DNA of 64,000 nucleotides from Dehalococcoidia bacterium (GTDB lineage Bacteria; Chloroflexota; Dehalococcoidia; Plut-88900): NCBI GenBank assembly GCA_965197645.1, contig OZ240219.1, positions 896,001 to 960,000 of the forward strand, read 5' to 3'. Shown piece by piece: positions 8,475 to 17,656 of this stretch (position 1 is its first letter; each line of letters starts with the position of its first letter). The notes under the pieces were generated by a model. It saw only the letters and a program-made list of their open reading frames with translations, ran no database searches and was not told where the DNA came from. The position numbers and the translations under genes were made by a program.

Positions 8475-8858
8475 ATGGCGCTCACAGATAATCGGCAAGT
8501 TGCCCGAATAGGTTTCCGTATCGTAGGCCCGCTGATGATGATAGTCACGGCGGGTTTTTTGGTTTTCGGCGGCGTCATCCTGGGGTTTGCCTTGGACAAA
8601 GAAGCACCGCATTTCACCACCAGGCTCTTCGAGAAATATCCCTGGTGCTTCGACGGATACCCCGATCAGATATTCAGCCCTCGCGACTGCCTGGCTCGAT
8701 TCATACAGGCGGAGGCGCATCGCGGGGCGGACTACTGGGACCAACGGCGTCTCCAAGACGAGGCCGACCTACTGGCAATGGATGAAGAGGAACGGGCCGC
8801 CGTTCTTGAAGCCAGGTGGAGCGCCTACCGTCTGTGGAAAGACACGGACGGCCTGTAG
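8475..8858 (+). CDS. Hypothetical membrane-anchored cargo protein
   Basis: 127 aa from ATG 8475, RBS AAGGGGG; N-terminal TM segment. Confidence 0.6.
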   Translation: MALTDNRQVARIGFRIVGPLMMIVTAGFLVFGGVILGFALDKEAPHFTTRLFEKYPWCFDGYPDQIFSPRDCLARFIQAEAHRGADYWDQRRLQDEADLLAMDEEERAAVLEARWSAYRLWKDTDGL

Positions 8859-8876
8859 CTAGGTGAAGGAGAAAGT

Positions 8877-9080
8877 ATGGCTAATGAAGTAGGGTACTGC
8901 CAGCACGTCGGCGGATGGACAAACAAGGGATGCCAGAACGAGGCCCTATCCGGTGACACCTTCTGTCATGCACACCAGGTACAGCGTGACCAAGACGCTG
9001 AAAATCGCAAGTGGATGAAACGGCTAGGCCTAGGCATTGTCGTGCTCGCTGTTCTCATCACTGCCATTGTCTACATATAG
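8877..9080 (+). CDS. Small Cys/His (possible Zn-binding) protein with C-terminal TM helix
   Basis: RBS AAGGAG; YCQH...GCQN...FCHAH pattern; hydrophobic C-terminus. Confidence 0.6.
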   Translation: MANEVGYCQHVGGWTNKGCQNEALSGDTFCHAHQVQRDQDAENRKWMKRLGLGIVVLAVLITAIVYI

Positions 9081-9138
9081 GCTGTAGGCCCTACAGTAAG
9101 GCCAGCCAGCAATAGGGCAACAAGAAACGGAGGACACC

Positions 9139-9390
9139 ATGGACGGAGACATACAGGCTTTTCCAGTGTCGGAGGTCGAGCACGTAAACGGGATGATGAC
9201 TCTTGTAGCAAAACACCCCGGCATGACCCTGCGGGACTACTTTGCAGGGCAGGCCCTAAGTGGTCTACTTGTATGGCATGAAAGAGACTGGCCGACAGCG
9301 GTAAGGGCAGCGTACCAGGCCGCCGATTTCATGTTGGAAGTGAGAACAGCTAATGAAGGTACCGGAGAACCTGCAAGAGAGCAAGCCTAA
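9139..9390 (+). CDS. Phage-type small protein (GMTLRDYFA family)
   Basis: RBS GGAGG; motif PGMTLRDYFAGQAL...AYQAADFML, characteristic of a widespread phage hypothetical family. Confidence 0.75.
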   Translation: MDGDIQAFPVSEVEHVNGMMTLVAKHPGMTLRDYFAGQALSGLLVWHERDWPTAVRAAYQAADFMLEVRTANEGTGEPAREQA

Positions 9391-9574
9391 ACTCAGGCGA
9401 CTCAGGCCCATCACCGTCCAGGATATTGACCTGCCCTTTGCTGCTGTCTTGGCCCTGGTGTTCAAGTGGAGTGTAGCTGCTGTGATAGTCGGGGCGGGTT
9501 GGGCTGTAGTGGGTGTTCTGCTCTGGTATCTGGTCTGGAATATGCTGTCACCGGAGACGGCTCCGCGGTTCTAG
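9353..9574 (+). CDS. Small membrane protein
   Basis: ITVQDIDLPF...VFKWSVAA followed by a long hydrophobic segment. Confidence 0.6.
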   Translation: MKVPENLQESKPKLRRLRPITVQDIDLPFAAVLALVFKWSVAAVIVGAGWAVVGVLLWYLVWNMLSPETAPRF

Positions 9575-9759
9575 GGTAGGTTCCGGGAGGTATTGACACC
9601 CTGCCAGCTTGTCAGGCCTGCCCTGCGGAATATGGCCCGGTTTTTACGTTCCTGGCGGCGGCGCTCAGCTTGTTCCTCTCGCAGTTCCTTCTCATGTCGC
9701 TCAGGGTCAATGCCCAGGGCAAGAAGGGTTTGCCGGTCTCGTGGAGTATCATTAGGCAT
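9571..9759 (-). CDS. Hypothetical small charged protein
   Basis: 62 aa, RBS AGGAGG on the minus strand; stop overlaps the stop of the convergent gene in CTAG. Confidence 0.5.
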   Translation of the reverse strand: MPNDTPRDRQTLLALGIDPERHEKELREEQAERRRQERKNRAIFRRAGLTSWQGVNTSRNLP

Positions 9760-9780
9760 AAGGCCTCCTAGCCAGTGGCC

Positions 9781-9886
9781 TTGACAAGCGGCGGCTAGGG
9801 CCTTAACATGGAGTCAACGTTGGGTTAACGTTGTTTGTCAAGTCCGCTGGACTCTCAAGAAATCCCTTTGCCGAGGGGTTTCTTGC
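9781..9886 (+). ncRNA. Candidate small RNA: promoter, about 70 nt, terminator hairpin
   Basis: TTGACA-17-TAACAT (9781-9809); hairpins CAACGTT/AACGTTG and AGTCC/GGACT; terminal hairpin CAAGAAATCCCT/AGGGGTTTCTTG. Confidence 0.45.
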
Positions 9887-9960
9887 TATCTATTCAGTTC
9901 CCTCTATCATATCACGCCTGGCCGCCAACTGCTCACAGCCATTGAAATAACTATAAACTC

Positions 9961-9989
9961 TTGACATTTACGCCTGGACCCTGTATTAT
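9961..9989 (+). promoter_or_regulatory. Near-consensus sigma70 promoter of the transposase
   Basis: TTGACA-17 nt-TATTAT. Confidence 0.7.
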
Positions 9990-10017
9990 TTAGCTAGTAT
10001 TAAGACAGGGGCAGGCA

Positions 10018-10914
10018 ATGAATAAACTACCCGAAAACCTACGAATACAGGCCCTCAACATGCTGGTGGAAGGCTCGTCCATGCGCTCCATCAGCCGAGT
10101 GCTGGGCATTACGCTCAACTCCGTTACGAAGCTGCTGGTGGATGCTGGAGAAGCGTGTGTTGCTCACCACGACGCAACGGTCCGGGAAGTCACGGCCCGG
10201 CATGTTCAGTGTGATGAAATCTGGTCGTTCTGCTACGCCAAGGCGAAAAAGGCTCCCCACGCTCAGGGCATCATCGACAGGGCTGGGGATGTCTGGACCT
10301 GGACGGGCATAGACAGCGACACCAAGTTGATTATCTCTTGGCTGGCTACACCTGGTCGTGACTCCGCCTTTGCCCTGGAGTTCATGGATGACTTAAGGGC
10401 CAGGTTAGCTAACAGGGTACAGCTCTCCACAGATGGTCACAGGGCCTACTTGGAGGCTGTAGAAGGGGCGTTTGGGGGAGACGTGGACTACGCCCAGCTT
10501 ATCAAGCTCTACGGGCCGTCTGAGGAAGAGCAGTCGGGTGGACAACGGCGGTACTCTCCCGCTCACTGCGTGGGGATTCGCAAGGTGGATGTGGTTGGCA
10601 GGCCCAACATGGATGAGCTTAGCACGTCCTACGTGGAGCGTCACAACCTTACAATGCGAATGGCTATGCGTAGGTACACCCGGCTCACTAATGCCTTTTC
10701 TAAGAAGCTAGAGAACCACATGCACGAACTGGCTCTGTACTTTACCTGGTACAACTGGATCAGGCCTCACAAGAGCCTGCTAGGGAAGACCCCGGCACAG
10801 AAGGCGGGGCTGGCTGACAGGGCCTACGATATACGGTGGATAGTCCAGATGATGGACGCCAGGGTACCGAAGCAGAAGCGGGGACCGTACAAGCCAAGGG
10901 TCACGGTGGCCTAG
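10018..10914 (+). CDS. IS1-family DDE transposase (single ORF)
   Basis: N-terminal HTH (LVEGSSMRSISRVLG); catalytic motifs QCDEIW, STDG, VERHNLTMR; RYTRLTNAFSKK. Confidence 0.92.
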   Translation: MNKLPENLRIQALNMLVEGSSMRSISRVLGITLNSVTKLLVDAGEACVAHHDATVREVTARHVQCDEIWSFCYAKAKKAPHAQGIIDRAGDVWTWTGIDSDTKLIISWLATPGRDSAFALEFMDDLRARLANRVQLSTDGHRAYLEAVEGAFGGDVDYAQLIKLYGPSEEEQSGGQRRYSPAHCVGIRKVDVVGRPNMDELSTSYVERHNLTMRMAMRRYTRLTNAFSKKLENHMHELALYFTWYNWIRPHKSLLGKTPAQKAGLADRAYDIRWIVQMMDARVPKQKRGPYKPRVTVA

Positions 10915-11012
10915 AAGCGCTTCGCGGCGAACGTCACGAGCAGTTTTAACACCAGGTGGCGGCGCTCTCGCTCACTCTCGGCCAGATAGTCCAAACGCCG
11001 TGTGGCTGTCAT
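10911..11012 (-). CDS. Possible 33-aa peptide convergent with the transposase (not in ORF track)
   Basis: RBS GAGGTAGG, ATG at 11012, MTATRRLDYLAESERERRHLVLKLLVTFAAKRF*; stop overlaps the transposase stop in CTAG. Confidence 0.3.
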   Translation of the reverse strand: MTATRRLDYLAESERERRHLVLKLLVTFAAKRF

Positions 11013-11121
11013 CAGTAATTTCCTACCTCTCTTGCCTTGTTTAGCACGGTCTATAGCTTGTCAAGGGCATCTTATCTGGTTTATTATTCGTCTCACGTTA
11101 CACTAGTAGCGGAGGGGCGAA

Positions 11122-11601
11122 ATGACAACCAAGAAAGAAACCGCACCTAGTCGCGACCTCACTTTCGAGTGGGGACGGACCGCTTCGGCAGACCTGGCCA
11201 AAATCGGTGATACCATTGACTCTCGGGCGATAGGTATCTTCGCAACGGGCAGTCTCATCATCGGCGTTTCAGCTACAGTTGTTGAGACTATCTTGGACTG
11301 GTCGAGCCTAGCATTACTGTTCGTTGTGGCTGGTTATCTGGCAACAGCGGTGTTCGGTTTGCTCATAGTGTTTCCACATCCTGCACCAGGCCCGGACAAC
11401 CCCACGACACTTAGGAAACGGTACTGGCCTATGCCACCTGCAGAAGCCCAAGAGGAGTACTGGCAGTGGGTGGAAGATGAGTACGAGCAATGGTACCCCA
11501 AAGTGAACAAGAAGGGGCGTTATCTCAGGTACGCTATCGGCGGGCTAGGTGTAGAGGTTTCAGCACTTATTGTCTGGGTTATCCTCGTTACTGGCTTCTG
11601 A
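11122..11601 (+). CDS. Hypothetical 3-TM membrane protein
   Basis: 159 aa, RBS GGAGG; helix, two TMs, loop, terminal TM layout. Confidence 0.7.
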   Translation: MTTKKETAPSRDLTFEWGRTASADLAKIGDTIDSRAIGIFATGSLIIGVSATVVETILDWSSLALLFVVAGYLATAVFGLLIVFPHPAPGPDNPTTLRKRYWPMPPAEAQEEYWQWVEDEYEQWYPKVNKKGRYLRYAIGGLGVEVSALIVWVILVTGF

Positions 11602-11763
11602 CGAGTCCTTTTCTCTGGGCGAACCTTTCTCTGACCCCATGCTCAAGCGGATGATGTCAGCGTCGGCCATAGGCTTCATTCGCAAAACGGAGTCTTTAGG
11701 ATTGCCGCCAGTGCCTTCATCCTGTGAGTCCCCGCCGTTGCCGTCTTTTTCTTTCTCAGTCAT
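11560..11763 (-). CDS. Small hydrophilic protein with its own promoter
   Basis: ATG 11763 with RBS GGAGG; minus-strand TTGACA-17-GACAAT at 11814-11786. Confidence 0.5.
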   Translation of the reverse strand: MTEKEKDGNGGDSQDEGTGGNPKDSVLRMKPMADADIIRLSMGSEKGSPREKDSSEASNEDNPDNKC

Positions 11764-11842
11764 GTTTGTATCCTCCAAGGCACTCATTGTCGGAAATTGA
11801 TTGGTCAGTGTCAATACCCTATACGAAAGAAAGGAAGACACC

Positions 11843-12076
11843 ATGGAAGGTCACACCCACATCATCCAACTAAGCGCCCCTAACATCGAAGTGAAAGCCA
11901 AGGAACTCTATCCGGCAGGAGACAGCAGCACGCCGAACAAGTTCGTGGTTCAGTGTCCCGATTGTGGTACTGAGGTTCTCGAATTCAAAGGGCAGGTCAA
12001 AGAAGTGTTCCATATCCCTGGCAGTGGGCTAGACAAGATACGCAAGGGGCTGGAGGAACAAAAGCCTAATCCCTAA
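11843..12076 (+). CDS. Small protein with HxH...CPDC (possible Zn ribbon)
   Basis: ATG 11843 with RBS AAGGAAG; 77 aa. Confidence 0.55.
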   Translation: MEGHTHIIQLSAPNIEVKAKELYPAGDSSTPNKFVVQCPDCGTEVLEFKGQVKEVFHIPGSGLDKIRKGLEEQKPNP

Positions 12077-12107
12077 CCCCCTCTCCCTCTCTCCCAAATT
12101 CACCAAT

Positions 12108-12134
12108 TTCAAACTGAGGCACTACCTAGATCCG
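12108..12134 (-). repeat. Right terminal inverted repeat (12108-12126) and right target-site duplication (12127-12134)
   Basis: TTCAAACTGAGGCACTACC|TAGATCCG, followed by TGA (the original peptidase stop). Confidence 0.92.
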
Positions 12135-12206
12135 TGACCCATTTTGAGGCTAACAGCACGGATGCTATAATCGAGATTCGTCGTATCATCCTCATCCGGA
12201 GAGACC

Positions 12207-14029
<1,823 letters not shown>

Positions 14030-14078
14030 TCTACGTGGGTCCTCGCTATCCGATACGGAGAGCCTGCGGATGCAGTCC

Positions 14079-14165
14079 GGGGAGTCCAGAGGGCTTCCCT
14101 CTGGCGGGGGCCTGGGGGACGTACCTCCAGATAAAACATGTCTCACGGTGGACGGGAGGGAAAAC
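14079..14165 (+). repeat. Dispersed palindromic intergenic repeat, copy 1
   Basis: Hairpins CCAGAGGG/CCCTCTGG and CTGGGGG/CCTCCAG; similar sequence at 15664-15748. Confidence 0.6.
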
Positions 14166-14217
14166 CAACAAAGGGTGGTAGACTGATACAAAGGTTGACC
14201 GAAGGGAGGCAAAGACC

Positions 14218-14394
14218 ATGACTACAACAGCTGAGTGTCGGGTTTGTCACAAGAAGGTGGAGCACTGGATTAACCGGGAGAACAGGATCTATTGCCCTGA
14301 CTGCTTCAAGAGCGCCCTGGACAGACGGGAAGGCCTCTCCACCAACCCCAACGAGGAAGCCAATCCCCGGGACATGCACTCCGACGATTCCTGA
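14218..14394 (+). CDS. Unannotated 58-aa CxxC...CPDC zinc-finger-like protein
   Basis: RBS GGGAGG; MTTTAECRVCHKKVEHWINRENRIYCPDCFKSALDRREGLSTNPNEEANPRDMHSDDS*; below the ORF-track cutoff. Confidence 0.65.
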   Translation: MTTTAECRVCHKKVEHWINRENRIYCPDCFKSALDRREGLSTNPNEEANPRDMHSDDS

Positions 14395-14534
14395 TCGAAG
14401 TTGCTGTTGACGGCCTCTCAGCCTGACGAGCGTGCCTCTCGGATGGTATCATGACGCCGGCGAACGGCTCCGGCTCTCCAACCCATGCCCGCTGATCTAA
14501 CGAGGCCGGACAACGCTCAATCAGGAGGTGACAG

Positions 14535-15551
14535 GTGGCGACTAAAGTAGGCATCAACGGCTTCGGGCGCATAGGCAGGCAGGTCCTCCGGGCCATCCTC
14601 CAGTATCACGGTGACGAGCTCGACGTCGTGGCCGTCAACGATCTCACGGATCCCGCCACCAACGCGCACCTGTTCAAGTACGATACCAACTACGGCCGGT
14701 ATCCCGGCGCCGTAGAGGCCTCCGATAGCACCATTACCATCGATGGCCACACCATCAAGGTCCTGTCCGAACGGGACCCGGGCAAGATACCCTGGGGCGA
14801 CCTCGGCATCGAGATAGTCGTCGAGTCCACAGGCTTCTTCACCGATGCCTCCAAGGCCGCCGCCCATAAGGATGGCGGCGGGACCAAGAAGGTGATCATC
14901 TCGGCGCCGGCCAAGGGCGAGGACTTCACGGTGGTCCTGGGGGTCAACGAGGATCGATACGATCCTGGTAAGCACCACGTCATGTCCAACGCCTCGTGCA
15001 CCACCAACTGTGTCGCTCCCCTGGCCAAGGTGCTCAATGACAACTTCACGATAAACAGCGCTCTCATGTCCACCATTCACGCCTATACCAACGATCAGAA
15101 GATCCTCGACCAGGTGCACAGCGACCTTCGAAGGGCCCGAGCCGCCGCAGCCAACATCATTCCCACCTCCACCGGCGCCGCCAAAGCCGTCGGCCTCGTC
15201 CTACCCGAGTTGCAGGGCAAGATCCACGGCATGGCCTATCGGGTCCCCGTACCCACGGTCTCCGTAGTTGATCTGGTGGCCAACGTCGAGCGACCGGTCA
15301 CTACGGACGAGGTCAACGAGGTGTACCGGTCGGCCTCCCAGGAGACCCTGAAGGGCATCCTGGAGTACTGCGATGAGGACCTGGTCAGCAGCGATTTCAA
15401 GGCCAACCCCGCCAGCTCCATCTTCGATTCGACCTGTACCATGGTCATGGAAGGCACGATGGTCAAGGTACTCAGCTGGTACGACAACGAGTGGGGCTAC
15501 AGCTGCCGTACCGCCGATTTGACGGCCTTCGTCGCTGAAAAAGGGGTATAG
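14535..15551 (+). CDS. gap: Type I glyceraldehyde-3-phosphate dehydrogenase
   Basis: [28 protein letters not shown]. Confidence 0.98.
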   Translation: MATKVGINGFGRIGRQVLRAILQYHGDELDVVAVNDLTDPATNAHLFKYDTNYGRYPGAVEASDSTITIDGHTIKVLSERDPGKIPWGDLGIEIVVESTGFFTDASKAAAHKDGGGTKKVIISAPAKGEDFTVVLGVNEDRYDPGKHHVMSNASCTTNCVAPLAKVLNDNFTINSALMSTIHAYTNDQKILDQVHSDLRRARAAAANIIPTSTGAAKAVGLVLPELQGKIHGMAYRVPVPTVSVVDLVANVERPVTTDEVNEVYRSASQETLKGILEYCDEDLVSSDFKANPASSIFDSTCTMVMEGTMVKVLSWYDNEWGYSCRTADLTAFVAEKGV

Positions 15552-15663
15552 GCCGCGACCATCCCCCTGTCCCCTTCCTGGCCAGGAAGCGGAGGGGGGG
15601 AAATGCTGAGGCAGGCTCTCAGCTCCCAGCAAAGAGGATTCGCCCTCTCTTGCCTCATGTTAT

Positions 15664-15748
15664 GGGCGCAGGGCGTCCTGCCTCTGGCAGGGGGTTGGGG
15701 GATGTTCCTCCAGATGAAAAACGTCTCAGGGTGGTTGGGAGGGTAAAC
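15664..15748 (+). repeat. Dispersed palindromic intergenic repeat, copy 2
   Basis: CTCTGGCAGGGGGTTGGGGGATGTTCCTCCAGATGAAAAACGTCTCAGGGTGGTTGGGAGGGTAAAC aligns with 14099-14165. Confidence 0.6.
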
Positions 15749-15863
15749 TAACCTGGAGCGGGGAGAAAAACGCATCGGACGATGCGCTTTTCTCCAATCC
15801 CGAAGATTTACTTCGCCGGAAAACTGAACATTCCCTCTAGGCGGAGCGTTAAGGAGACATGCA

Positions 15864-16868
15864 GTGCCCGTAGGCGAGCTGGCGGCGTTGGCCTCCGCCG
15901 TTACTTTCGCTTTTACGTCCGTTCTGGACAAGTTTTTCACCCGGACCTATTCGCCTCTCACCCTGGGGACCCTGTCTGCAACGGGCGGCGCAATATTCGC
16001 CATTGTACTCATGTCCGCTACCGGCAGAGCCGATGACCTGGCCGGCTTCTCCCTCGTGCCCATACTGCTTTGCACTGGTGGAGGGATCATGTCAATCGGG
16101 TTGGGCATGCCTCTCTACCTCCTGTTTCTCCGGTCCGTGGACGTCAGTAAAGCCGCCCCCTTGAGCACCGGACTTTCGGCTGTATTTTCCGTGATTTCCG
16201 GGCTGTTGATACTGGGCGAGGAGGTGTCCAACATCACCCTGGCGGGAATCGTGGTCGTCATTGTGGGCGCCTATCTGCTCAGCCTGTCCCAGAGGAGTAG
16301 CGCCGATACGGCTCAAGCCCGCTGGCTCGGTGTTCGAGGCCTCACCTTTCTTACCGGCATTGTGCTGCTGTGGGTGGTGGGCACCTCACTGCAGCGCGAA
16401 GCCCTGTACGAGATCGATCCCATCAGCGCCAACGCCTTGCGATTGACCTCTGTCTCCGTCGTGCTGGGCGTGATAGTCCTTGTCGGCCGGATAGCGAGCA
16501 AAAGGAGCGCCCCGCAATCTCCTCTCGATGCTCCGCAGGCAGCGTCCGGCACAGCTTCGGATACGGCAAACCCCAGCCCGAACCTTTCGCCGGCTCCCGC
16601 GGCCCCGCGAGAGATGAGTTGGTACCGCCCCTCAAAGCTCTCCTATCTGCTTCCCGCGGCCAACGGCAGCGTATCCCTGGGCTTTGGGAGCCTCCTGATG
16701 CTGGTGGCCCTGGACCGGGCGGGCCTCGCCGTTGCATTCGTTCTCAGCACCACCATGCTTTTCTGGGTTACGATACTGTCTGTAGTGTTCCTCAGGGAGC
16801 GGCTGACCTTGAAGACGGCTCTGGGGGTGGTGGCGATGGTGTCGGGTGTCATCCTCATCGTTCTTTAG
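15864..16868 (+). CDS. DMT/EamA family transporter
   Basis: Two EamA repeats (LLILGEEVS; VFLRERLT) with a Pro/Ser/Ala linker. Confidence 0.88.
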   Translation: MPVGELAALASAVTFAFTSVLDKFFTRTYSPLTLGTLSATGGAIFAIVLMSATGRADDLAGFSLVPILLCTGGGIMSIGLGMPLYLLFLRSVDVSKAAPLSTGLSAVFSVISGLLILGEEVSNITLAGIVVVIVGAYLLSLSQRSSADTAQARWLGVRGLTFLTGIVLLWVVGTSLQREALYEIDPISANALRLTSVSVVLGVIVLVGRIASKRSAPQSPLDAPQAASGTASDTANPSPNLSPAPAAPREMSWYRPSKLSYLLPAANGSVSLGFGSLLMLVALDRAGLAVAFVLSTTMLFWVTILSVVFLRERLTLKTALGVVAMVSGVILIVL

Positions 16869-16974
16869 CGCCGGGCCGGCCCAAGCCCCGGCCGTTGCCC
16901 TCGACGACTGCGATGTGATACCATTCGCTCCGGTTTCCGGGCGTACCCAGCCTGGCGCCGGGAGGTATATCTCC

Positions 16975-17280
16975 TTGCTTGTTCTGTCCGTAGCCGACGT
17001 TAGAGACTGGATACTTATCATCTTCTTTAGCGCGGGCTCCGTCCTGGTAGTGTTCTGGCTTCTGGCCTCCTACCTGATTTTCCGAAAGTTCGGCGGTGTT
17101 CTCAGCAGAATCAGAGGCAACCTGGATGCCACCAAGACCACCCTGAACAACGTCGCCGCCACCTCCACCCTTGTTACCGAAGCAGTAAGCAAACCGGTAA
17201 TCAAGACCGCTAGCTTCTTCCACGGCGCTAGGGAAGCCCTGGCCTTCCTGACCAAGCTCTCCAAACGAGGGGGTGAGTAA
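16975..17280 (+). CDS. DUF948/YtxG-like membrane-anchored protein
   Basis: TTG start after GGAGG; N-terminal TM then amphipathic helix; overlaps a YtxH-like gene. Confidence 0.55.
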   Translation: MLVLSVADVRDWILIIFFSAGSVLVVFWLLASYLIFRKFGGVLSRIRGNLDATKTTLNNVAATSTLVTEAVSKPVIKTASFFHGAREALAFLTKLSKRGGE

Positions 17281-17578
17281 AGTGTTCACGTTTCTCTTTG
17301 GCTTCCTTATGGGGGGTGTAACCGGAGCGGCTATCGTGCTGGCCATGGCTCCCAACTACCAGTACCAGGAGGATGGGGAGGAGAAGGACGTCCGGGCCAA
17401 GGTCGCCGACCTTACCGAACAGGTGCGGGCCACCGTCAAGCTGGCGGTTGAAGAGGGCAAAGCATCCCTACGAGAAGCCGTCGAGGAGGGCAAGGTGGCC
17501 GCCGCGGAGAAGACGGTGGAACTGAGGGAAATGGTCAAGAAGTACCAGGACCAGCAGGAGGAGGAAGACAAAGCCTAG
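17273..17578 (+). CDS. YtxH domain-containing protein
   Basis: FLFGFLMGGVTGAAIVLAMAP followed by a charged coiled coil. Confidence 0.8.
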   Translation: MSKVFTFLFGFLMGGVTGAAIVLAMAPNYQYQEDGEEKDVRAKVADLTEQVRATVKLAVEEGKASLREAVEEGKVAAAEKTVELREMVKKYQDQQEEEDKA

Positions 17579-17606
17579 TCCGTTCTGGCCCTGTCGAATG
17601 ATCACG

Positions 17607-17633
17607 AAGGCCTCCCCACCGGGAGGCCTTTTT
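17607..17633 (+). terminator. Rho-independent terminator between convergent genes
   Basis: AAGGCCTCCC-cacc-GGGAGGCCTT followed by a T-tract. Confidence 0.8.
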
Positions 17634-17656
17634 ATTATACAGCCCGGCCGATTCGG

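Larger units (their letters stand above)
7578..12126. mobile_element. IS1-family cargo transposon (transporter IS), 4549 bp
   Basis: IRL GGTAGTGCCTCGTTTTGAA (7578-7596) matches the reverse complement of IRR (GGTAGTGCCTCAGTTTGAA, 12108-12126) at 17/19 positions. 8-bp direct repeat TAGATCCG at 7570-7577 and 12127-12134. Internal DDE transposase; visibly more AT-rich than the flanks. Confidence 0.93.

Noticed and set aside
7578-12126. Integron cassette array or prophage remnant
   Set aside because: No integrase or repeated attC-like sites; IRs, TSD and DDE transposase fully explain the boundaries.
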